Positions 9,469-18,139 of a stretch of DNA of 64,000 nt are shown here, one piece after another. The notes beneath the pieces were generated by a model. The model worked only from the letters and a program-made list of their open reading frames with translations. It made no database searches and was not told where the DNA came from. The stretch's first letter is position 1. Each line of letters opens with the position of its first letter. This DNA comes from an uncultured Planctomycetia bacterium. Lineage in GTDB: Bacteria > Planctomycetota > Planctomycetia > Pirellulales > Thermoguttaceae. A program made the position numbers and the translations under genes. The stretch spans positions 4,371 through 68,370 of the forward strand of contig CAVSFO010000019.1 in NCBI GenBank assembly GCA_963727245.1. Reading direction: 5' to 3'.

Positions 9469-10428
9469 ATGCGAAGGATTCGTGTCCGCTGGCGAGCGGC
9501 CGGGCTGGTCGCCGTTTTGCTGTTGGCCATTGCGGTCCTGGAGGTGCGTGGCCAGTCGCCGTTGGCGGAAATCATCGCCAGCGCCCCGAACCGGCTCAAT
9601 CCCTGGGCCGCCGAGGCCAATCCCCTGCCGCCCATCGAGCGGTTCTTGGGCGTGGACCGGCAATTCTGGGTCAAGGTGGGGCCGCCGGAGGCCTCGCTGT
9701 CGGTCTCGGTCGTCGAGCCGCGGCGGAAATCGCCGGCCCCGCGCGGCACGATCCTGGTAATCCACGGCGTGCTGGCCCGCAGCGCCACCATGCTCCCCGC
9801 GGCCCGGGCACTAGCCGATTCCGGCTACCGGGCGGTGCTGGTCGATCTGCGCGGGCATGGCCGCTCCAGCGGCAAGTACATGACCTTCGGCGTCCAGGAA
9901 GCCAAGGACCTTTCCCAGGTGATCGACGCCCTGGAGCGAAAGGGTCTTGTGGCCGGGAACCTGGGCGTCTACGGCATCTCGTACGGGGCCACGACCTCGA
10001 TTCACCTGGCCGCGGTCGATCGCCGCATCCGGGCGGTGGTGGCCGTCGAGCCTTTCAGCACCGCCCGCGAGGAGGTGCCGCACTTCGGCCGCGTGATGGT
10101 GCCCGGCGTCGGCTGCCTGATCTCCGACAAGACCTACCAGCGGTCGCTGGACGAGGCGGGACGGATCGCCCACTACAACCCCGACGACGCCGACGCCGTG
10201 AAGGCCATCGCACGGACCTCGGCCCGCGTGCTCATCGTCCACGGGACGAACGACTGGATCGTGCCGCACCAGCAGAGCGAGCGTTTGCACGCGGCCGCCT
10301 TGGACCACAGCGAGTTGGTCTCGGTCCCCTGGCTGGGACACGTGGCGTTATGGGTCGATCCGGGTGGGCACGTAGCGAGCCGGGCCACGGCGTGGTTTGA
10401 CCGTTGGCTCGGCGGCGAGGGGAAGTAG
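9469..10428 (+). CDS. Secreted alpha/beta-fold hydrolase.
   Basis: AAAGGAG Shine-Dalgarno sequence upstream. Signal peptide present. HG oxyanion region (LVIHGV), nucleophile elbow GISYG, and late acid/His region (HGTNDWIV...LGHV). Confidence 0.8.
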   Translation: MRRIRVRWRAAGLVAVLLLAIAVLEVRGQSPLAEIIASAPNRLNPWAAEANPLPPIERFLGVDRQFWVKVGPPEASLSVSVVEPRRKSPAPRGTILVIHGVLARSATMLPAARALADSGYRAVLVDLRGHGRSSGKYMTFGVQEAKDLSQVIDALERKGLVAGNLGVYGISYGATTSIHLAAVDRRIRAVVAVEPFSTAREEVPHFGRVMVPGVGCLISDKTYQRSLDEAGRIAHYNPDDADAVKAIARTSARVLIVHGTNDWIVPHQQSERLHAAALDHSELVSVPWLGHVALWVDPGGHVASRATAWFDRWLGGEGK

Positions 10429-10475
10429 CGGCGGCCAGCGGCGCGCATGGGATTCCCTGGGGAACCACCCGGCAG

Positions 10476-10591
10476 CCGTTCACAGCCCCGTGGTGACACT
10501 AGCCCGAAGCGCAAGCGAGGGTCTGCCGCCCCACGGTCTGCCGTCGCTTCCCCCTCGCTTGCGCTTCGGGCTAGTGTTGAACTGTGAACGG
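10476..10591. repeat. REP-like extended palindrome (CACTAGCCCGAAGCGCAAGCGAGGG family), intergenic copy.
   Basis: Inner 25-nt arms at 10497-10521 and 10552-10576 are perfect complements. Outer arms are ccgttcacag (10476-10485) and ctgtgaacgg (10582-10591). A second copy of the inner arms lies at 43267-43344. Confidence 0.8.
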
Positions 10592-10653
10592 TTATGCCAC
10601 CCCCGATGACCGGTTTGCCGACCCGCTCAGCGGCCCGATGATGCCTGTCCTCA

Positions 10654-11049
10654 TTATGGTGCTAGCCGCCACATAATGGACCAGAAGGGAATGTTCGAGG
10701 CGAGTGCAGCAGCGAGGAAGAAGGCCAGCGTGACGGCAAACAACAGGGCCGAGACAATGGTCCCGACCGCGCGATCCCGCTTGATCGCCATGCAGAGGAT
10801 GGCCAACAGGCTTGCGCCCGCGATTAGGGCCATGCCGCGAAAGCCGAGTTGCACGAAGAACTCAGTGGACGACGGCAAATCCGGCTTCCCCCCGCCACTC
10901 ATTGCCGTCATCGCGTGGGCAGTGCCCTGCGTGGTCATTGCGGCCACGAATGCGCCTGCGGGCACAAGCCCTATCGCCAGCAGGAGCACGACGAAGTACG
11001 ATCGGGACCAGCCTGGGGCGTTCATGTACGCATCCTCGCGTCGAGCCAC
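10654..11049 (-). CDS. Small membrane protein, function unknown.
   Basis: 131-aa ORF with 3-4 hydrophobic segments. No recognisable family. The start may be the internal MNAPGW. Confidence 0.45.
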   Translation of the reverse strand: MARREDAYMNAPGWSRSYFVVLLLAIGLVPAGAFVAAMTTQGTAHAMTAMSGGGKPDLPSSTEFFVQLGFRGMALIAGASLLAILCMAIKRDRAVGTIVSALLFAVTLAFFLAAALASNIPFWSIMWRLAP

Positions 11050-11300
11050 CAGTCTATTGTATCACTCCACGGCTCTCGGCACCACGCCCAACGCGAACCC
11101 CGGCCGATATCGAGGGGATCAAGGGCTGGGATGAGGAAAAAATGACGTGGGAGTGGCAGGGGGTCGTGCTCTGGCAGCAGGGGCCCGCCGGGAATAATCG
11201 GCCCGGTTTTCGGCGAATACAATACGGGAGCAGCCGCGGTTCATAGCGGCACATCTCCCATTTCTGCCCCGCCCTGGCCGGCAGGATCGGGCCGATCGCT

Positions 11301-12564
11301 ATGAACAAGGGACGATGTCCCATGAGAGCCGCGAGGATTGTTCGCGTGGTGCTGGCGAGCCTGATCGTGGCGGCGTTTTGCGGCTCTGCTCTCGCCGCGG
11401 GCGAATCCGCGGCGACTGCCGGCCAGGGTGGCGCCGATGGTTGCATTGGCCCCGGTTGGGGATACCGGCCCAGAACAGCGCGATCGCGTCGTCCGGCGGA
11501 ACCAAGGCGAGCGAAGCTGCGGTGGCCGGCGCGATCTCCTGGCTTGCCAAGCACCAGGGCGGCAAGGGAAATTGGCGATTCGACCCGCCGGCCGGGACCG
11601 GCAGGGGCTACGCCAACCCGGGCACGTGGAAATCCGACTCCGGCGCCACGGCATTGGCCCTGCTGCCGTTCTTGGGCATCGGCCAAACGCACAGGAACAG
11701 GGGGCGGTACCAGTCCAACGTCGCCTCCGGGATCTCCTGGCTCGTCAAGCACCAGAAGCCCGACGGCGACCTGTCGGCCGGTGGCGCGCGCAGATGCCCT
11801 CTCACGCCTGGGCGACGATCGTTCTTTGCGAGGCCTATGGAATGACCGGGGACAGGGTTGTCGGCGAGGCGGCGCAACAAGCGGTCAAGTTCACTGTGGC
11901 CTTGCAGGACAATACCTCAGGCGGCTGGTCGGAAGGACCGAGCCAGACGCCCACCATGTGGATGTCAGCATGGCAGATCATGGCGCTGCGGATGGCGACG
12001 TTGAACGGCCTGGACGTACGCAAATCGGCGCTCGACGAGGCCGCCGGTTTCCTCGACAGGCTACACGCCAAGGACGGCGTGAAGTATGGCCTGACCGGCC
12101 CTGGCGATACAAGTGACGTTGCCACGGCGATGGGGCTGCTTAGCCGGATGTACGTCGACCCTGGAGGCTGGCTGTCCCTTGGGAATCCGCCGTCCGCTCC
12201 TCCGCCCGCCAAAACCAAGCCGGCCGGACAGCGCGGCGTCGAGTACCTCGAACAAGCCGGTCCCTCGAAGAACGACGCCGCGTACAATTGGTACGGCACG
12301 CTGGTCATGTACAACATCTATGGCCCGCCTTGGGACGCATGGAACCGCAAGATGCGCCGCCAGTTGATCGAGACCCAGGTGAACGAGGGCGACGAATTGG
12401 GCAGTTGGTGGAGCGCCGACGACGCCCATGCCGCCGAAGGCGGCCGGCTGTGGCAGACGGCCACCAGCGTCCTGATCCTCGAGGTGTACTATCAATATCT
12501 GCCGTTGTTCTATCGCTCGGCCCCCGAGGCCGGCGGCCCGCAGCCCCGGGAAATGAGCTGGTGA
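11301..12564 (+). CDS. Secreted prenyltransferase/terpene-cyclase-like (alpha/alpha-toroid repeat) protein, paralog 1, with two apparent frameshifts.
   Basis: Signal peptide MRAARIVRVVLASLIVAAFCGSALA. The protein is spread over ORFs 11301.., 11315.. and 11428..12564 (AISWLAKHQGGKGNW...GISWLVKHQKPDGDL|QMPSHAWATIVLCEAYGMTGD...GGWSEGP...WQTATSVLILEVYYQYLPLF). Breaks lie near 11450 and 11785. Confidence 0.7.
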
Positions 12565-12626
12565 CCCATCTCCCGCCGCGGGAGGGCAGGGTGAGGGCTG
12601 TGGATCGAGAGACGCAGATTGCCAGC

Positions 12627-12803
12627 GGAGGTCCAATCCGCAAAAAAACCTCTTGTGCCTCCGGCACCCCGATAGCGAAGCTATCGCGGCCACCCGCGTA
12701 GCGGCAAGCGGAGGTTCAATCGGCCGCGAAAACCTCTTGTGCCTGCGGCACCCCGATAGCGAAGCTATCGCGGCCACCCGCGAAGCTATCGCGGCCACCC
12801 GCG
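12627..12803. repeat. Tandem array (about 2.3 units) of the CCCCGATAGC-hairpin repeat family.
   Basis: The unit ggaggt(c/t)caatc...cctcttgtgcct(c/g)cggcaccccgatagcgaagctatcgcggccacccgc occurs at 12627-12709 and 12710-12782, with a partial unit at 12782-12803. The same motifs occur at 35897-36060 and 36823-36964. Confidence 0.8.
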
Positions 12804-12814
12804 GAGCACGATCA

Positions 12815-12842
12815 CCCCCCAACGCAGTCGGGGGGCTTTTCT
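12815..12842 (+). terminator. Hairpin CCCCCC-N9-GGGGGG followed by CTTTTCTCC.
   Basis: Stem at 12815-12820 and 12830-12835, with a T-rich tail. Lies downstream of the plus-strand gene that ends at 12564. Confidence 0.45.
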
Positions 12843-12844
12843 CC

Positions 12845-12878
12845 AATCCCTAAATCCCTAAATCCCCAATCCCTACCC
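12845..12878 (-). other. Telomere-like G-tract motif (potential G-quadruplex) starting at the galM stop codon.
   Basis: The minus strand reads GGGTAGGGATTGGGGATTTAGGGATTTAGGG. That is five G3-4 runs with 2-4-nt loops and two TTTAGGG-type units. Confidence 0.6.
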
Positions 12879-14053
12879 TACTTCTGCACGCTGAACTTGT
12901 ACACGGTCGTCTCTTTGTAGGTCTCGCCCGGCTTCAGGACCGTGGTCGGATAGGTCGGATGGTTCGGCGAGTCGGGATAGTGCTGCGTCTCCAGGCAGAA
13001 GGCGAAATGCTTCTGGTACGTCTTGCCGCCGGCGGTAATCTTGCCGTCGAGGAAGTTCCCCGTGTAGAACTGGACGCCCGGCTGCGTAGTGTAGACTTCC
13101 ATCACGCGGCCGCTGGTGGGCTCGACCACGCGCGCGGCCAATTGCGGCCCTTCGCCTTCGGTCGCCGTGTTGAGCACGTAACAGTGGTCGTAGCCGTTAT
13201 GTTCGCCCTTGCCGACCTGCTCGATGCGGGAACCGATGGTCATGGGCTTGGTGAAATCCATGGGCGTGCCCTTCACCGCCGCGGGCTCGCCGGTGGGGAT
13301 CAGGGTGTCGTCCACCGGCAGGTAGCGATCGGCGTTGATCATCATTTCCTCTGCGAGCACGTCGCCCGCGCCGGCGCCGGCCAGGTTCCAATAGGCGTGA
13401 TTGGTGAGATTCAGGACGGTCGGCTTGTCGCAGGTCGCTTCATACTCCATCTTGAGTTTATCGTCGTCGGTCAGGCTGTAGGTGACTGTGTTGGAGAGCT
13501 TGCCCGGATATCCTTCCTCGCCGTCGGGGCTGGTGTAGGTGAAGACGACGCCGACGGAGTCTTTCTTTTCGACCGGCTTGGCTTTCCAGACCACCTTGTC
13601 GAATCCCTTCTTGCCGCCGTGCAGATGGTTAGGTCCGTTGTTCGTGGCCAGCGTATATTCCTTGCCGTCGAGGGTGAATTTGCCCTTGGCGATGCGGTTG
13701 GCATAGCGGCCGACGGTGGCGCCGAAATAGGGCGTGGGCACGTCTGTGCTGATATAATCGGCCAGCGAGTCGCGATAGAGGGTGACGTTGGCGAGCTTGC
13801 CGTTGCGGTCGGGCACTTCCACGTCGGTGATCGTGGCCCCGTAGGTCATGATCTGGACCTTCAGGCCGTGGGGATTGGTCATCGTGTAGAGGTCGATTTC
13901 GGCGCCGTCGGGAAGTTTGCCGTAGGGTGCTTTCGTCACGCTCATTTTTTGCTCGCCTGGGGTTGAGTGTGTCACGTTCGATTCCTGGGTACAACCTGTC
14001 AACAACATGGTGCCGAGCATCGTGGCCCAGCAGCAATTCCACCAGCGTGTCAT
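12878..14053 (-). CDS. galM: Aldose 1-epimerase (galactose mutarotase).
   Basis: Family motifs YGATITDVEVPDRNG, FGATVGRYANRIAKGKF and NNGPNHLHGGKKGFDK. N-terminal signal/lipobox LLTGC. Confidence 0.9.
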   Translation of the reverse strand: MTRWWNCCWATMLGTMLLTGCTQESNVTHSTPGEQKMSVTKAPYGKLPDGAEIDLYTMTNPHGLKVQIMTYGATITDVEVPDRNGKLANVTLYRDSLADYISTDVPTPYFGATVGRYANRIAKGKFTLDGKEYTLATNNGPNHLHGGKKGFDKVVWKAKPVEKKDSVGVVFTYTSPDGEEGYPGKLSNTVTYSLTDDDKLKMEYEATCDKPTVLNLTNHAYWNLAGAGAGDVLAEEMMINADRYLPVDDTLIPTGEPAAVKGTPMDFTKPMTIGSRIEQVGKGEHNGYDHCYVLNTATEGEGPQLAARVVEPTSGRVMEVYTTQPGVQFYTGNFLDGKITAGGKTYQKHFAFCLETQHYPDSPNHPTYPTTVLKPGETYKETTVYKFSVQK

Positions 14054-15744
14054 GGCGACTCTCCTTTTTGGATTTTGCGGATCACTTCCCGGTTCTTCTG
14101 CGCGGTTGCGTCCTGGGGATCCAATTCCAGGACCTTGTCGAAGTCGGCCAAGGCGGCCGGCAGCGCGCCGAGTTTGTAATAGGCGAAACCGCGGTTGCCG
14201 TAAGCGGCCGTCAGCCGCGGATTCAGCTCGATGGCCTGGGTGTAGTCGATGACGGCGCTTTCCAGTTGGTTCTTCTGCCGATAGGTCAGGCCGCGGTTGA
14301 AATGGACTTCGGCCGAGCGCGGATACAACGACAGCGACCGGTCGTACTCGGCGATGGCTTTATCCAGCTTGCCCTCCTTCTGCAGCGCAAGGCCGCTCTG
14401 GAAGTGGGTCTTCGCCTCGTCGCTGAACTTCTCCAGGGCGCTTTCCAACCGCTCCACCGCCTCGGCGCGCGACGCATTGTCCTGGACCGGGCCCCACTGC
14501 TTATAACCGTCGACCGGCTTGGGATCGACGCGAAAGACCTGCTTGTAATCGGCCACGGCCTTGTCCAGCTCGTTCTTGCGGAGATAAGCCAAGGCGCGAT
14601 TGAAGTAGGCCTCGCCATTGTCGGCGTCCAGCCGGATCGCTTCGGCGAAATCGGCGAAGGCCTTGTCCAAGTCGCCCTTGCGGGCGAAGACACAGCCGCG
14701 GCGGAGCCAGCTCATCGTATCGTTGGGCAACAGCCGCACCGCCCGATTCAGGTCCGTCAAGGCGCCGCTGTACTGGCCCTGCAAGGCCAGGGCGAAACCG
14801 CGCTCGCGATAGGCCTCCGTATAATCGGGATCGAGCCGGATCGCTTCGTTGAAATCGGCCAGCGCCTTGTCCATCTCCCCTTGGCGCGAATAGCAGAATC
14901 CCCGGCTGAAACGACTGGCCGGATCCGTCGGCGCCAGCTCGATGGCGCGATTCAAATCGGCCAGCCCCCCCTCGAGGTCGTGCAGCATGGTGCGGGCGTA
15001 GCCGCGATCGGACAAGGCCCCGGCGTCCCTGGGGTCCAGTTGCAGGGCCTGGTTGAAATCAGCCACCGAGTTTTCCCAATTCTCCAACTGCGAGTAGGTC
15101 ATGCCGCGGCTGACATAGGCCTTCTCATTCTTGGGGTCGAGCTGGATCGCCTTGTTCAAGTCCCACAGCGCCTCGTTGTACTTGGCTTGCAGGGTCTTGA
15201 TAAAGCCGCGGTCGCGGTAGGCGTTGGCGTACTTCGCGTCGATGCGGATCGTTTCCGTGTAGTCGTCGATGGCCTTGTCGTTGTCCCCCTTGCGGTAATA
15301 AGTGAAGCCGCGGTTGAAATGCGCGACGGCGTAGTTCGGATTGAGCTGGATTGCCTTATCCAGGTCGGCCAAGGCCGCCGCGAACTTGCCTTTCATCGTG
15401 TAGGCCAGGCCGCGCGTGCTGTAGGCAGGCGACGACTTGGGATCCAGTCGAATCGCCTCCGTCAGGGCGGTGATCGCCTCGTCCCATTTTGCCTCGTCCA
15501 CGGCGGCGACGCCCTGGCGGTAGGGCTCGCTCTCCGTCGGCGCTAACTCCGGCACGGCGCCGGACGGGCCCTTCTCGTCGCCGCCCTGCTGGTCCAATGC
15601 GGGCGGGTCCTTCGTCTCCTGGTCGCCGGGGCGGTCGCGCGGCCCGCGAAGGCGGAATCCGCCGCTACCAAGCTGCGCACGAGCGACCGCCGGGCCGACG
15701 GCCATCCACGCGATGAGCAGAGCGATAATCAAGAAGTTTCTCAT
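14050..15744 (-). CDS. Secreted tetratricopeptide-repeat protein.
   Basis: 564 aa with a signal peptide, then more than 12 consecutive 34-residue TPR units (...A..D..KA..L.P....AY..RG......). Its stop overlaps the galM start by 4 nt. Confidence 0.85.
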   Translation of the reverse strand: MRNFLIIALLIAWMAVGPAVARAQLGSGGFRLRGPRDRPGDQETKDPPALDQQGGDEKGPSGAVPELAPTESEPYRQGVAAVDEAKWDEAITALTEAIRLDPKSSPAYSTRGLAYTMKGKFAAALADLDKAIQLNPNYAVAHFNRGFTYYRKGDNDKAIDDYTETIRIDAKYANAYRDRGFIKTLQAKYNEALWDLNKAIQLDPKNEKAYVSRGMTYSQLENWENSVADFNQALQLDPRDAGALSDRGYARTMLHDLEGGLADLNRAIELAPTDPASRFSRGFCYSRQGEMDKALADFNEAIRLDPDYTEAYRERGFALALQGQYSGALTDLNRAVRLLPNDTMSWLRRGCVFARKGDLDKAFADFAEAIRLDADNGEAYFNRALAYLRKNELDKAVADYKQVFRVDPKPVDGYKQWGPVQDNASRAEAVERLESALEKFSDEAKTHFQSGLALQKEGKLDKAIAEYDRSLSLYPRSAEVHFNRGLTYRQKNQLESAVIDYTQAIELNPRLTAAYGNRGFAYYKLGALPAALADFDKVLELDPQDATAQKNREVIRKIQKGESP

Positions 15745-15823
15745 TGGGCGAAACCTTTTGCTGGTAAATCACTGGCCCGCGGCGTTATCCGGGGGCTTAC
15801 GCCCCCGGCTCGGTTAAGCGCGT

Positions 15824-15875
15824 CCCTGGTCCCCGGCCCCCGGCCCCCAGCCCCTGGCCCCTGGCCCCTGGCCCC
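15824..15875 (-). other. Dense G-tract array (potential G-quadruplex; i-motif on the plus strand) between mutM and the TPR gene.
   Basis: The minus strand reads GGGGCCAGGGGCCAGGGGCCAGGGGCTGGGGGCCGGGGGCCGGGGACCAGGG, which is 8 G runs with 2-3-nt loops. A perfect hairpin CCGGGGGC-ttac-GCCCCCGG lies at 15789-15808. Confidence 0.6.
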
Positions 15876-15905
15876 TAACTAACCTACCCGCTTTTCCGCC
15901 GAACA

Positions 15906-16754
15906 TCAATCCCCGCCCCGCTTGGACTGGCAGGCCGGGCAAAAGAACGTCGATCGCTGACATTGCACGATCCGCACCACGTCGGCCTGGCCGCAACGCA
16001 CGCAGCGCTGGCCGGCCCGCTGATAGACCCAGTGGCAAAGCTGGTAATTTCCCGGCTGGTTGCGGGCGATACGGTAGGTGCCGTCGCGGAGGGTCGAGCC
16101 CTGGTGGCGGATGGCCGCCCGCAGGATCTCTTGGGTCGCGGCGTGCAGGGCGGTCCACTGTGCCGGCCGCAGCCGCCGGCAGGGCAGGGCGGGATGGATG
16201 CCGGCGCGGTGCAGGATTTCGGAGGCGTACAGGTTTCCGATGCCGGCCACCGCCCGCTGGTCCAAAAGCGCCACCTTGATGTCGCGGCGGCTGGCGCCCA
16301 GCCGCTGGCGCAACGCGGCGGCCGAAACTTCCAGGGCATCGGGGCCCAGCCGGTCCGGCCCGTAATGCCGGTCGAACTGGCGGGGTGAAACCAGCCGCGC
16401 CACCCCCAGCCCGCGCTGGTCCCAAAAGATCAGCTCGGCGGCCGGGCCGCCGGAGAGGTGGAAGACCAGGCGGACGTGCGCGGCGTCGGGCGGATCGGCC
16501 AGCAGCACCAGCCCGGTCATGCGCGGTTCCAGGACGATGCGGTCGCCGTTGTCCAATTCCAGCACGATCCGCTTGCCCAGTCGTGCCACGCCGCGGATCC
16601 GGCGGCCCAGCGCGCGGCGGCGAAACTCGCCCAGCGGCGGGACAATCCGGATGGACTGAAGCCGGCAACGGGGCCGGCGGAGATCGTCGATGCGGCAGCC
16701 CGCCACCACCGCAATTCCGCGACGCATCGTTTCGACTTCAGGGAGTTCTGGCAT
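15906..16754 (-). CDS. mutM: Formamidopyrimidine-DNA glycosylase (Fpg/MutM).
   Basis: N-terminal MPELPEVE, the H2TH region, and the C-terminal zinc finger CVRCG...CPACQ. Confidence 0.92.
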   Translation of the reverse strand: MPELPEVETMRRGIAVVAGCRIDDLRRPRCRLQSIRIVPPLGEFRRRALGRRIRGVARLGKRIVLELDNGDRIVLEPRMTGLVLLADPPDAAHVRLVFHLSGGPAAELIFWDQRGLGVARLVSPRQFDRHYGPDRLGPDALEVSAAALRQRLGASRRDIKVALLDQRAVAGIGNLYASEILHRAGIHPALPCRRLRPAQWTALHAATQEILRAAIRHQGSTLRDGTYRIARNQPGNYQLCHWVYQRAGQRCVRCGQADVVRIVQCQRSTFFCPACQSKRGGD

Positions 16755-17820
16755 GGGGCGGGGCCGGTCGCGGGGGCAACACCTCGACCGCGCAGCGAAA
16801 GGTATCGGCGGACTGCTGGTTCTTCTCCCAGGGCCGCACGTAGATGAGATTGATCGTCGTGATGCCCGGCTGCGCGGCCCGGAACTTGAAGAAGAACGTC
16901 CCGCCCGTGCCGACCATGCCGGGCCGGGCCGACAAGGGAACGTATTCGGGCGGCACTACCATCTGCAGCGATTTGCCGGCCGGCGCCGCGGCCTGCCACT
17001 GATAGCCGGTGGTGGGATTGCCCGGCACTCGGATCAGCACCCACTGCCCGACGGAAACCTGGAAACGCTTGCCATTGTCGACCTTGGCGATTTCGAACCA
17101 CGGCGACGCGGCCGGCAGCGCGCCCGGGACCGCGGGCAGGGCCAATTGGACTCCCACCCGGTTGGCCCGGCGGGACGGAAACGGCATCCAACCGTGCAGA
17201 CCCCATCGCGTCGGCGGCGAGTCGACCCAGTAGATCGGCCCCCAGGGCGTGCGGTAATAATCGTTCGGCAGCGGGCGAGGCAATTTCCGGCCGTCGTAGA
17301 GCAACAGTCCGCGCCGCGCCTCGGTGGGCGTGCCGGGATCGCTGATTTCCAGCGTGTACTGCCAGCGGCCCGACCGGTAACTGCCCGGCCTGTTCGGATT
17401 GATGGGCTTGGGCGGCAGCGGCGGTGGGTTGGCCGGAGCGGCCGGAGCAGCCGGAGCGGCCGGAGCAGCCGGAGCGGCCGTGCCAGCGGGCGGCGGCGTG
17501 GCAGGCGGCGGCGTGGCAGGCGGCGGACCGCCCGCCGGCGCCGCGACCGGGGCGGGACTTTGCCCCGCCGCACCGGCAGGCAGCGGCTTGGCCTCCGCGT
17601 CCAGTGCCACCAGGCAGTGCTCGCAGCGGTGCAGCGAGGCACTGCACTTCGGGCAGAGTTTCAGCGCCGGGCTGGCGGTCGGGGCGCCGCAGACAACGCA
17701 CGTGCCCGAGGCGCCGACGAACATCAGGTCCTTGCACTTCGGGCACAACGTCGCCCGGGCCTCGGCGCACCAGGCCAGCACGATCGCCACCCCGGCCACT
17801 GCAAGCATCTTCCCTGTCAT
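16738..17820 (-). CDS. Secreted protein with four CxxC motifs, a Pro/Ala-rich linker and a C-terminal chagasin-type (I42) cysteine-peptidase inhibitor domain.
   Basis: Signal peptide present. CxxC motifs are CPKC..CVVC..CPKC..CEHC. Linker is (PPATP/AAPA)n. All three I42 loop motifs are present: GNPTTGYQW, VGTGGTFFFKF and YVRPWE. The 3' end overlaps the mutM start by 17 nt. Confidence 0.75.
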   Translation of the reverse strand: MTGKMLAVAGVAIVLAWCAEARATLCPKCKDLMFVGASGTCVVCGAPTASPALKLCPKCSASLHRCEHCLVALDAEAKPLPAGAAGQSPAPVAAPAGGPPPATPPPATPPPAGTAAPAAPAAPAAPAAPANPPPLPPKPINPNRPGSYRSGRWQYTLEISDPGTPTEARRGLLLYDGRKLPRPLPNDYYRTPWGPIYWVDSPPTRWGLHGWMPFPSRRANRVGVQLALPAVPGALPAASPWFEIAKVDNGKRFQVSVGQWVLIRVPGNPTTGYQWQAAAPAGKSLQMVVPPEYVPLSARPGMVGTGGTFFFKFRAAQPGITTINLIYVRPWEKNQQSADTFRCAVEVLPPRPAPPHARTP

Positions 17821-17902
17821 GGATCAATCCTTTGCAACATCGAGGGCATCCGGGAATTCCGTTGAAACAACATTTGCACAACCAAGGGTTTGACGTTGAG
17901 GA

Positions 17903-18046
17903 TTCCACGCAAAGGCGCCAAGCCGCAAAGGCGCAGAGGCGTGGAAGAGACGAAGAGGAAAGTCGGATCGTCTTCGCAGGCTGTCGGTTTACCACTCACC
18001 CCTTCTTCCTCTTTCTTTGCGGCTTGCGCACTTGGCGGGAGAAAGT
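17903..18046. repeat. MITE-like imperfect inverted repeat (GGCGCCAAG..CCGCAAAGG family).
   Basis: The left arm ...cgcaaaggcgccaagccgcaaaggcgcagaggcg...gaagaggaaag and right arm ccttcttcctctttctttgcggcttgcgcacttggcggg are imperfect complements. A related pair lies at 38665-38825. Confidence 0.6.
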
Positions 18047-18139
18047 TCTCGCTGTAGCGTTGCCAAGACGGCGATGTTCTTGCCTCCGAGTTCCCGGACA
18101 CACTCTTGCAAACTTCTTTCTCCAGAAGGCATTCTGTTT

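Noticed and set aside
12627-12803. Possible CRISPR array, given the direct repeats with intervening sequence.
   Set aside because: There are only about 2.3 units of about 83 nt with no unique spacers, and the 'spacer' is itself repeated. The repeat is the palindromic CCCCGATAGC element found at two other loci. No cas genes are present in the window.
12845-12878. A true telomere or linear-replicon end, suggested by the TTTAGGG-like units.
   Set aside because: Only two or three units are present. They are embedded between two ordinary chromosomal genes, with sequence continuing on both sides.
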